A stretch of 21,956 bases of DNA, taken from NCBI GenBank assembly GCA_040752415.1, contig JBFMGU010000180.1, positions 1 to 21,956 on the forward strand. Reading direction: 5' to 3'. The notes under the pieces were generated by a model, which made no database searches, was not told the origin of the DNA, and saw nothing but the letters and a program-made list of their open reading frames with translations. Within the stretch, counting starts at the first letter, position 1. Each line of letters starts with the position of its first letter. Shown piece after piece: positions 1 to 9,985 of this stretch. The position numbers and the translations under genes are program-made. Source of the stretch: Myxococcota bacterium (GTDB taxonomy: Bacteria; Myxococcota; JACRCW01).

Positions 1-33
1 GGCTGCCCGGTGCCTGTAACGCGTGAACGGTGA

Positions 34-167
34 AGGTGCCCGGCAAGGGTCAGCCCCGGGCCGCACCGTCATGACGACGGAAAACGGCACGCGATGCGAC
101 CGGACCGACCGATTCAGCGCGAAGGAGACCGGCCTGCAATGTAGGGGCTGACCATTGCCGGGCACCT
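34..167. repeat. 134-bp element bounded by 24-bp inverted repeats (34-57 and 144-167)
   Basis: Left arm AGGTGCCCGGCAAGGGTCAGCCCC; the reverse complement of the right arm is AGGTGCCCGGCAATGGTCAGCCCC (23/24 identical). The spacer is 86 nt. It lies in the intergenic region downstream of the Hsp70-like gene. Confidence 0.9.
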
Positions 168-189
168 GCGGATGAGCTTACGCCTGCGA

Positions 190-273
190 CCAAGCGTTGT
201 TTCAAAGAGCCGCACCCAATCGCATGGGCAGGAAGCCAAGACCGTCGTTTCAAGTGGAACCACACCCGATGGG
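190..273. repeat. Degenerate direct repeat, two copies with a period of about 46-48 bp
   Basis: CCAAG--CGTTGTTTCAAAG--AGCCGCACCCAAT (190-220) versus CCAAGACCGTCGTTTCAAGTGGAACCACACCCGAT (236-270). The GTTTCAA cores are at 199-205 and 247-253. Confidence 0.5.
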
Positions 274-311
274 AGCGGCGGTGGCGACACGGATCATGGC
301 GCCGCCCGTGC

Positions 312-3107
<2,796 letters not shown>

Positions 3108-3246
3108 GGCTCCCTTCCGCACGACGGTGAGACGCGTATCTAGAACGCGGACCGGTCCGAGGAAAGCCGTGCCCGACCGTGGGCATCCCCGGGGGAGCCC
3201 GTCGGCATTTTTCGGCGTCTCCGTTCCCGTGTGCTAGATCCAGACC

Positions 3247-4008
3247 GTGGCTCGCCTGCTGCAGCACATCGTCTCGCCCCCGTCGGCGTGCTCCTACCTG
3301 CCCGACCAGCAATCGACCATGGAGAACAAGGTCATGCTGGACGTCACGCCGCAGGAGTTGGAGCTCATGCTCACGCACGGTTGGCGACGGTTCGGCCCCA
3401 CCTACTTCCGCCCCACCTGCAGCCCGTGCACGGAGTGCATCTCCCTGCGCATCCCGGTGGAGACCTTCCGCCCCACGCGCAGCCAGCGGCGGGCGTGGCG
3501 CAAGTGTCGCGGCATCCGCGTGCAGGTGGGTGCGCCCACGGTCGACGACGAGCGACTGCGGCTCTACCGCGCCTGGCACGCCGCCCGGGAAGACGCGCGC
3601 GGCTGGAATGACAGCAGCATGGACGAGGAGACCTACTTCCTCCAGTTCTGCTTTCCGCACCCGTGCGCGCGTGAGCTGAGCTACTGGCTGGAGGACCGCC
3701 TGGTGGCGGTGGGCATCTGCGACGAGACCCCGCACTGCCTCAGCTCCGTGTATTTCTTCTACCACCCCGACGAGGGCTGGCGGAGCCTGGGCGTGGCCAG
3801 CGTGCTCTTCGAGTTGGATTACGCGCGCGCCCGTCGGATTCCGCATCTCTACATGGGCTACCGCGTCCGGGAATGTCCTTCGCTCAAGTACAAAGCCACC
3901 TTCGGTCCGCACGAGCTGCTGGTGGGCAGACCCGCGCTGGAGGAGGAGCCTGTCTGGGTCCCCGCCGGCGACGAGGAGGGGAGGGAAGATGAGCCCGCAA
4001 CCGAATAA
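3247..4008 (+). CDS. bpt: ATE/Bpt-family aminoacyl-tRNA:protein transferase (arginyltransferase-like; Asp/Glu-specific leucyltransferase in characterised bacteria)
   Basis: CSYLP, GWRRFG..YFRPTC..C..CISLRI, LSSVYFFYHPD, SLGV, and HLYMGYRV..CPSLKYKA are typical ATE_N/ATE_C motifs. GTG start. Confidence 0.88.
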   Translation: MARLLQHIVSPPSACSYLPDQQSTMENKVMLDVTPQELELMLTHGWRRFGPTYFRPTCSPCTECISLRIPVETFRPTRSQRRAWRKCRGIRVQVGAPTVDDERLRLYRAWHAAREDARGWNDSSMDEETYFLQFCFPHPCARELSYWLEDRLVAVGICDETPHCLSSVYFFYHPDEGWRSLGVASVLFELDYARARRIPHLYMGYRVRECPSLKYKATFGPHELLVGRPALEEEPVWVPAGDEEGREDEPATE

Positions 4009-5548
4009 CCCGCGGCCGCCGGTGAACTGGGACGAGGTCACCGCCACCGACCCGTGGGGTCGTCGGATGACGGCGGCGGTGAGCGCGGCATTGCCGTGGT
4101 ACCGCAGCATCGCCTTCCGGTTCGTGTGGCCGTTCACCGCGCTGTACTTCGTGCTGGGGCTCACCGCGTTGTACTTCCTGGTGCAGCGCGAGAACCGCAA
4201 CATCCAGGAGAAGTTCGGCCTGGCGTTGCGCACCGCCGCGGTGAGCGCCGTCCCGTACCTGCGCGGTGATGACCTGGACGCCATCCACGGGAATGACGAC
4301 GTCAGCGGTGAAGCGTTCCAGCGCGTGCGGGAGCGGCTGCACACCGCGCAGCTGGCCAACAACCTCAAAGAGGACCAGGTCTACATCCTGCGTGAGGCGC
4401 CGCCGGGCTCCGGGCAGTACCAGTTCGTCGTCATGCTGCAGCAGCGGACCTTCGTGGGGGATCCCTACCGTCCTCCGCCCGCCGTGGCGGCGCACTACCG
4501 CAACGTGCTGGACCGCGCCGCCTCCGAGCAGACCGACGTCTTCCAGGACGAGCACGGCTGGTTCATCAGCGGCATGGCCCCGGTGCGGCGCGCGGATGGC
4601 AGCGTGGCCGGCATCCTGCAGATGGACTACGGCGTGGAGATGTACGTGGCCGAGCTGCAGCGGGAGGCGCTCACTCTGCTGGCAGGCCTGGGGTTCATGC
4701 TCCTCGTGGTGGTGGCGTTTGGTGCGTACATGCGTCGCTGGTTGCATCACAGCGTGGCGGTGCTGCTGCGTGGCACGCGCGCCATCGAGCGCGAGCAGTA
4801 TGACTACGTGATTGACGTCGAGGGTGAGGATGAGCTGAGCGCGGTGGGGGCGGCGCTCAACAAGGTGCTCAGCAAGCTCAAGGAGCGCTTTGAGATGCTG
4901 AAGTTCCTCCCCAAGCACACCGCCAAGATGATCCAGGCCGCGGTGACCGGTGACGGCGTCAAGCTGCAGCACGCCATGCGCAAGAAGCTCACCGTGCTCA
5001 ACAGCGACATCCGCGGCTTCACCGCGCTGGGCGAGCAGCTCCCGCCGGAGCGCGTCATCGAGCTGCTCAACGAGTACATCCGCGTGCAGGCGGAGCTGGT
5101 GCACACCTACGGGGGCAGCGTCGACAAGTACATGGGCGACGCGGTGCTGGCGGTGTTCGAGGGTCACCAGGCGGAGCGCGCGGCGCTGGAGGCCAGCGTG
5201 CGCATCCAGGAGCAGGTGGCGCGCATGAATGCCGACGGGCGCTTCCAGACGCCGGTGCTGGTGGGCATTGGGCTGACGGTGGGTGAGGTGGTCATGGGCA
5301 ACATGGGCAGCCATGAGCGCATGGAGCACACCGTCATTGGCAGCACGGTGAACCTCTCCGCGCGACTGTGCAGCGCGGCGGGCCCGGGTGAGATCGTGAT
5401 GACCGAGGAGCTGATGACCGCAGCCGGTCCCGTCGACGGATTGGACGCGGGGCAGCCGGAAGAGGTCTCGGTGAAGGGGTTCGAGAACAAGGTGCGCGTC
5501 TACCGGGCGCGCGCGGTGCGGGTGGCCGCCATGGCCGCCAACTGGTGA
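3989..5548 (+). CDS. Membrane-bound class III adenylate cyclase (TM - extracytoplasmic sensor - TM - HAMP - cyclase)
   Basis: Two hydrophobic segments, a HAMP-like EGEDELSAVGAALNKV, and catalytic motifs SDIRGFT, DKYMGDAV and HTVIGSTVNLSARL. Purine-rich SD GGAGGGAAG before ATG 3989. Overlaps bpt by 20 nt. Confidence 0.9.
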   Translation: MSPQPNNPRPPVNWDEVTATDPWGRRMTAAVSAALPWYRSIAFRFVWPFTALYFVLGLTALYFLVQRENRNIQEKFGLALRTAAVSAVPYLRGDDLDAIHGNDDVSGEAFQRVRERLHTAQLANNLKEDQVYILREAPPGSGQYQFVVMLQQRTFVGDPYRPPPAVAAHYRNVLDRAASEQTDVFQDEHGWFISGMAPVRRADGSVAGILQMDYGVEMYVAELQREALTLLAGLGFMLLVVVAFGAYMRRWLHHSVAVLLRGTRAIEREQYDYVIDVEGEDELSAVGAALNKVLSKLKERFEMLKFLPKHTAKMIQAAVTGDGVKLQHAMRKKLTVLNSDIRGFTALGEQLPPERVIELLNEYIRVQAELVHTYGGSVDKYMGDAVLAVFEGHQAERAALEASVRIQEQVARMNADGRFQTPVLVGIGLTVGEVVMGNMGSHERMEHTVIGSTVNLSARLCSAAGPGEIVMTEELMTAAGPVDGLDAGQPEEVSVKGFENKVRVYRARAVRVAAMAANW

Positions 5549-5554
5549 GCCCGC

Positions 5555-6736
5555 TCAGCCGCCAAACGCGTTCTGGCCCGTCAGCTCCCTTCCCAGGATG
5601 AGCGTGTGGATGTCGTGCGTGCCCTCGTAGGTGTACACGCTCTCGATGTTCAGCAGGTGCCGCACAATCGGGTAGTCGTCGCAGATGCCGTTGGCGCCCA
5701 GCAGCTCCCGCGCGGTGATGGCGCACTTGCGGGCCACGGCCACGTTGTGGCGCTTGCACATGCTGACGTGCGCGTGCGTGGCCTTGCCGGCCTCCTTGAG
5801 GCGCATCAGGTGCAGGCTCATCAGCAGGCCCGCCTGGATGCCGGTGTACATCTCCACCAGCTTCTCCTGCACCAGCTGGAAGGACCCAATGGGACGGCCG
5901 AACTGCTTGCGCTCCATGCTGTAGCGACGAGCACACTCGAAGGTGGCCATGGCGCTGCCCAGCGCACCAAAGGCAATGCCCGCGCGCGCGTTGTTGAGGC
6001 ACATGAGCGCGCTCTTCAGCCCGGTGGACTTGGGGAGGATGGCGTCGGCGGGGAGCTTGACGTCGTCAAAATAGAGCTCGGCGGTGTAGCTGGCGCGCAG
6101 GCTCCACTTGCCGGTGACCTCCTTCACCTCGAAGCCCGGCGTCCCGCGCTCGACGAGGAAACCGCGGATGGAGTCCGCGCCCTCACCGGTCTTGGCCCAC
6201 ACCACCGCGACGTTGCAGATGGTGCCGTTGGTGATCCAGCGCTTGGAGCCATTGAGGACCCAGCTCCCGTCCTTCTGCTGCACCGCGCGGGTGAGCATGC
6301 CGCCCGGGTCGGAGCCGTAGTCGGGCTCGGTGAGGCCAAAGCAGCCAATGGCCTTGCCCGCGGCCATCTGCGGCAGCCAGCGGTCCTTCTGCGCCTCCGA
6401 CCCGAAGGTGAGGATGGGGTACATCACCAGTGAGCCCTGCACCGACGCGAAGGAGCGGATGCCGCTGTCGCCGCGCTCGAGCTCGAGGAGGCAGATGCCG
6501 TAGCCGGTGTGGCTCATCCCGGCGCAGCCGTAGCCCTGGAGGTTGGCGCCCAACATGCCCAGGTCGGCGAGCGTGGGGATGAGCTTGTCGGGGAAGGTGC
6601 CGGCGCGGAAGTGCTCGGTGATGACGGGGAGGACGTCGGCGTCGACGAAACGCGCCACGGCCGCGCGGGCCATGCGCTCCTCCTCCGTGAGGTGGCTTTC
6701 AATGTCAAAGAGGTCCAGGGACAGGACGCGGCTCAT
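5555..6736 (-). CDS. gcdH: Acyl-CoA dehydrogenase, glutaryl-CoA dehydrogenase-like
   Basis: ERGDSGIRSFASVQGSLVMYPI, GCFGLTEPDYGSDPG, RKQFGRPI and C-terminal YTYEGTHDIHTLILGRELTG match the glutaryl-CoA dehydrogenase subfamily. GGAG upstream of the start. Confidence 0.85.
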   Translation of the reverse strand: MSRVLSLDLFDIESHLTEEERMARAAVARFVDADVLPVITEHFRAGTFPDKLIPTLADLGMLGANLQGYGCAGMSHTGYGICLLELERGDSGIRSFASVQGSLVMYPILTFGSEAQKDRWLPQMAAGKAIGCFGLTEPDYGSDPGGMLTRAVQQKDGSWVLNGSKRWITNGTICNVAVVWAKTGEGADSIRGFLVERGTPGFEVKEVTGKWSLRASYTAELYFDDVKLPADAILPKSTGLKSALMCLNNARAGIAFGALGSAMATFECARRYSMERKQFGRPIGSFQLVQEKLVEMYTGIQAGLLMSLHLMRLKEAGKATHAHVSMCKRHNVAVARKCAITARELLGANGICDDYPIVRHLLNIESVYTYEGTHDIHTLILGRELTGQNAFGG

Positions 6737-7026
6737 GCGGGGCTCCGTCGGCGGGTGAACGCGCGCGAACGTCTACGCCAGTGGCCCCAGCGCGTCCAAT
6801 CCCGCCGCCGCCGCTTTGTGCCTGCAGTGTGAGGTTCACTGGCTCCGACGTGAAGGTCGCTGCGTTTGCCGCCGCCGCTGGCGTCCGTGCTTACAACCAC
6901 CCGCAGACCCCCGCCCTGCGAAGTGGCTCCACCAGGCGCGCAGAAGGTGCGTGGGACGAAGACGACCCCAAGCCCGGGCACGCCGGCGGGCCGGTACAGC
7001 GGCGAGGGACGAAGGATATTCGCGCC

Positions 7027-7063
7027 TTGCACCAATTGTAAGTCAAAATTACAATCGGTGCAT
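7027..7063. promoter_or_regulatory. Palindromic operator/promoter: 14-bp inverted repeat with a 7-bp spacer, containing TTGCAC-N17-TACAAT on + and ATGCAC-N17-TACAAT on -
   Basis: TGCACCAATTGTAA (7028-7041) GTCAAAA TTACAATCGGTGCA (7049-7062), 13/14 symmetric. On +, -35 is at 7027-7032 and -10 at 7050-7055, and the ATG at 7062 follows after 6 nt. It is an AT-rich island in GC-rich DNA. Confidence 0.8.
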
Positions 7064-8204
7064 GATTGCCCGTGACCTCGAGCCTGAGCTCCGACGCGCG
7101 GCTTCGCTCTACCCCGTGGTGACCCTCACCGGGCCGCGGCAGTCCGGGAAGACCACGCTGTGCCGGGGTGCTTTTCCGAGCCACCGGTACGTGTCGTTGG
7201 AGCCGCCGGACCTCCGCGGTTTTGCCCGCTCGGATCCCCGCGGGTTCCTGAACGACCTGCGGGCGGGGGCCGTGATTGACGAGGTGCAACACGTCCCGGA
7301 GCTGGTGAGCTACCTCCAGGAGGAGATCGACGAGCGCCCGGAGCCAGGCCGATTCGTGCTGACAGGTTCCGAGCACTTTGCGATCACCGGGCGCGTTGCC
7401 CAGACCCTGGCGGGGCGGACCGCGGTGCTTCACCTGCTGCCTCCGTCGCTGGGTGAGCTCAAACGTTTCCCACACGGGCCGCGGACGCTGCTGGAGACGC
7501 TGGTGACCGGGAGCTACCCGCGGATCCATGATCGGGGAATCCCGGCGGCGCGATGGCTCTCCGACTACGTTGCCACCTACGTGGAGCGGGACGTCCGCGG
7601 CTTGCTGGACATCAGCAACCTGGGCGCATTCACGACGTTCCTTGGGCTCTGCGCCGGGTCGACCGCGCGGGAGCTGAACCTCTCGCGGCTGGGCGCGGAT
7701 GCCGGCGTCTCGCACAACACCGCCCGGGCATGGCTCTCGGTTCTCGCGGCGAGCTTCCTGGTGTTCCTGGCACCGCCCTGGCTGAACAACCCGCGCAAGC
7801 GGCTGGTCAGGACCCCCAAGCTCCACTTCCTGGACGCTGGCCTCTGTTGCCACCTCATCGGCATCACCAGCGCGGAGCAGCTTGCCACCCACCCGCTCCG
7901 CGGCGCGGTGTTTGAGAGCTGGGTGGCTGCCGAGGTGTACAAGTGGCGCGTCCATCGGGGGCTTCCACCCAACATTGCGCATCTCCGCCAGGTGCGTGGA
8001 GAAGAGATCGACATCGTGGTTGGCCGCGCCACCGGGCCGCTCGCCGTCGAGGTGAAGTCGGGCGCCACCATCGCGGAGGACTGGTTTGCTGCGCTGCGCG
8101 GAGCGGACGCGCGGCTGGTGTACGGCGGCGACACGCCCCAGGTACGGCACGGAGTTCGTGTCGTCCCTTGGCAGCAGGTGGACGGCGAGAACTGGGGTGG
8201 TTGA
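7062..8204 (+). CDS. AAA_14 ATPase with DUF4143 and a C-terminal PD-(D/E)xK nuclease-like motif (COG1373-type), 380 aa
   Basis: Walker A GPRQSGKTT, Walker B VIDEVQ, FVLTGS, TLAGR, GSYP, YVERDV, KRLVRTPKLHFLDAGL, GAVFES, and EIDIVV...AVEVKSG. Start reassigned from 6816 to ATG 7062 (MIARDLE), the usual family N-terminus. Confidence 0.9.
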   Translation: MIARDLEPELRRAASLYPVVTLTGPRQSGKTTLCRGAFPSHRYVSLEPPDLRGFARSDPRGFLNDLRAGAVIDEVQHVPELVSYLQEEIDERPEPGRFVLTGSEHFAITGRVAQTLAGRTAVLHLLPPSLGELKRFPHGPRTLLETLVTGSYPRIHDRGIPAARWLSDYVATYVERDVRGLLDISNLGAFTTFLGLCAGSTARELNLSRLGADAGVSHNTARAWLSVLAASFLVFLAPPWLNNPRKRLVRTPKLHFLDAGLCCHLIGITSAEQLATHPLRGAVFESWVAAEVYKWRVHRGLPPNIAHLRQVRGEEIDIVVGRATGPLAVEVKSGATIAEDWFAALRGADARLVYGGDTPQVRHGVRVVPWQQVDGENWGG

Positions 8205-8283
8205 GCGGTGACTTCCGCGCCATGGTCCCCGGCCTGGTCCCACGACGTTGGCCCAGGACGTCACGCGCTTCCACGCAAGCTGA

Positions 8284-9345
8284 CTACCGCGGGACCGGCT
8301 CCTGCACCGGCACCCCGAACCTCACCAGGGCACCCGGCTGCGTCCCCGGTTGCGGCTCCTCGAGCCTGAGGATGGGCTCGTACTGGGCGCGCACGGCGTC
8401 ACGCCAATTGAGCTCCTGGTCGCGGTTGTATTTGAACGCGCCCGTGACGGCGCCAAAGATGCTTCCGCCGTAGAACGTCAGCTCCAGCAGCGTGAGGATG
8501 ATGGCCACGCCCCAGGAGCGCTGCAGCCACGCGTCGGCGGCGCCGAAGATGAACAGCCCATTCCACAACAGCGCGGTGAAACCCACGGCCCACTGGCCCA
8601 GGTAGAAGTGCCCGAACCCCGGAACCAGCGAGAAGAGGAACGCGAGGATGGGACTCTTCTGCGGCAGGCGGTCGCGCTGGGAGATGGCGTTGAGCAGCGC
8701 CTTGGCAAGCGGCGCGCGGCTTCCCTTCTGCAGCCTCGGGTCCAGGAAGACCTTCTGCGCCTTCGCGTAGTTTTCGCCTTCCATGTAGCTCAGCCCCAGC
8801 AGCAGTCCCGCTTCCGCGCGCAGCCCGTCGTCGAGCGAGGGGTCCTGGAAGATGCGCCGCGCCTTGGGACGCGCGAGCAGGGGCCGCTCGTCGAGGAGGT
8901 AGGCGCGCGCGCTGGCCAGCTCCGCCACGCTGCGCCCCAGCGGGTCCATCCGACGCTCGGCCACGCTGTCAAACTGCAACGCCGCCGCCTCGTACTGCGC
9001 GCCGCGCAGGTACGCCTCACCAATGGCCATGGCCACGCGCGGCGCGTGCTCCCCGCGACCCTTGGTGCGGAACAGGTAGCGACGGTACTCCGTGACCGCG
9101 CGGTAGTAGTCCCCGTCGTCAAACAGGTGATCCCCGAAATGCAGGTCCTCCTCGGCCGGGTCGCTGGCCACCGGCTCGGGAGCGGGTGTTGTCGTCGGGG
9201 GCGTGGGCGCCGGGGGCGGCGTTTCCGTCGGGGACGGCGGTGGTTCCTGCGTGGCCTGGGGCGTGGGCGACGCGGGCGGGGATGCTTCCGGGGTATCCGG
9301 TGACGCGCACAGCATCACCAGCGAGGCGGCGACGAGCAGGGACAT
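8284..9345 (-). CDS. Exported TPR-repeat protein with a C-terminal TM2-like membrane domain
   Basis: Hydrophobic N-terminus (MSLLVAASLVMLCA), Pro/Thr-rich linker, TPR-like helices (FGDHLFDDGDYYRAVTEYRRY, IGEAYLRGAQYEAAALQF, LGLSYMEGENYAKAQKVF), then TM2-like KSPILAFLFSLVPGFGHFYLGQW and further TM helices. Confidence 0.8.
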   Translation of the reverse strand: MSLLVAASLVMLCASPDTPEASPPASPTPQATQEPPPSPTETPPPAPTPPTTTPAPEPVASDPAEEDLHFGDHLFDDGDYYRAVTEYRRYLFRTKGRGEHAPRVAMAIGEAYLRGAQYEAAALQFDSVAERRMDPLGRSVAELASARAYLLDERPLLARPKARRIFQDPSLDDGLRAEAGLLLGLSYMEGENYAKAQKVFLDPRLQKGSRAPLAKALLNAISQRDRLPQKSPILAFLFSLVPGFGHFYLGQWAVGFTALLWNGLFIFGAADAWLQRSWGVAIILTLLELTFYGGSIFGAVTGAFKYNRDQELNWRDAVRAQYEPILRLEEPQPGTQPGALVRFGVPVQEPVPR

Positions 9346-9351
9346 TGGGAC

Positions 9352-9942
9352 TCAGTGCCTGTGGGGCGACGACGAGGATTCGCTCTCGGGCTCGGTTGCG
9401 TCGGCGGTGCGGCCGTGGGCCTTGTCGGCGGTGGGGATGTCCGGGCCCAGCCACAGGATCAGCGGGTAGCGGAACCAGAACGCGCTGTCCTCGACGGGAT
9501 CATAGAACCGCGGCGTGGGCCCGATGCCGTAGACGAGGCGGTTGTTGCGCACCACGGAGCTCTTCCCGCTCTGCCACAGCCGGTCCATGGTCATGAACAC
9601 GCCCAGCACGTTGTAGCGACCCACGGCCTGCACGCCGTACGCGGAGCACGTGGGGTAGTGCTGGCAGCGGCTGCCATCCACCTTGGTGAAGAGGTTCTTG
9701 TAGAGGAGGAAACTCAGGTACAGCGGGTTGGATCCGCCGGCGCTCCGCAGCGCGCGCGCGTTGCGCGTCTCCTTGAGCGAGACCTCCTCGGGAGCGCGGG
9801 ATGGCACGGGCTCCGGTCCATTGCCGGGCACCGCGGCCACCGGTCCCACGACGGGATGGGCCTTGGTCCCGGTGGGCCCGAACGGCTTCGCGGGGGAGGC
9901 CGACATCACCGCCAGGGAGAGCGCAGCAGCGAGCAGATGCAT
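9352..9942 (-). CDS. YidD-like (membrane protein insertion efficiency factor / haemolytic domain) protein with an N-terminal signal-like sequence, 196 aa
   Basis: LYKNLFTKVDGSRCQHYPTCSAYGVQAVGRY...MTMDRL matches the YidD CxxxPTCSxY core. Start reassigned to ATG 9942 (MHLLAAALSLAVMSA) because the longer ORF overlaps the upstream gene. Confidence 0.78.
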   Translation of the reverse strand: MHLLAAALSLAVMSASPAKPFGPTGTKAHPVVGPVAAVPGNGPEPVPSRAPEEVSLKETRNARALRSAGGSNPLYLSFLLYKNLFTKVDGSRCQHYPTCSAYGVQAVGRYNVLGVFMTMDRLWQSGKSSVVRNNRLVYGIGPTPRFYDPVEDSAFWFRYPLILWLGPDIPTADKAHGRTADATEPESESSSSPHRH

Positions 9943-9985
9943 GGCCCCGACTATGACCGCACCCCGCCCCCTCGGCAACACGCCG

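Noticed and set aside
223..254. Sigma32-like promoter on the minus strand (CTTGAA...GCCCAT) near an Hsp70-family gene
   Set aside because: The spacing (19 nt) is too long, and the site is downstream of the Hsp70-like gene, so it cannot drive it.
190..273. Possible CRISPR remnant, since GTTTCAA/TTGAAAC resembles CRISPR repeat ends
   Set aside because: Only two poorly matching copies, a period too short for repeat plus spacer, and no cas genes in the window.
5546..5557. Mini-hairpin TGAGC-CC-GCTCA at the cyclase/gcdH convergent junction
   Set aside because: Mostly explained by the two complementary TGA stop codons. The stem is short and has no U-tract, so it is not called a terminator.
6802..6880. 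Two copies of CCGCCGCCGCT in the gcdH/ATPase gap as possible insertion-site repeats
   Set aside because: Low-complexity GCC runs, both on the same side of the ATPase gene.
6816..7061. 82-aa N-terminal extension of the AAA_14 ORF, and short ORFs in the 6737-7061 gap
   Set aside because: Arg-rich and not protein-like. The family-type N-terminus and the promoter geometry both point to ATG 7062.
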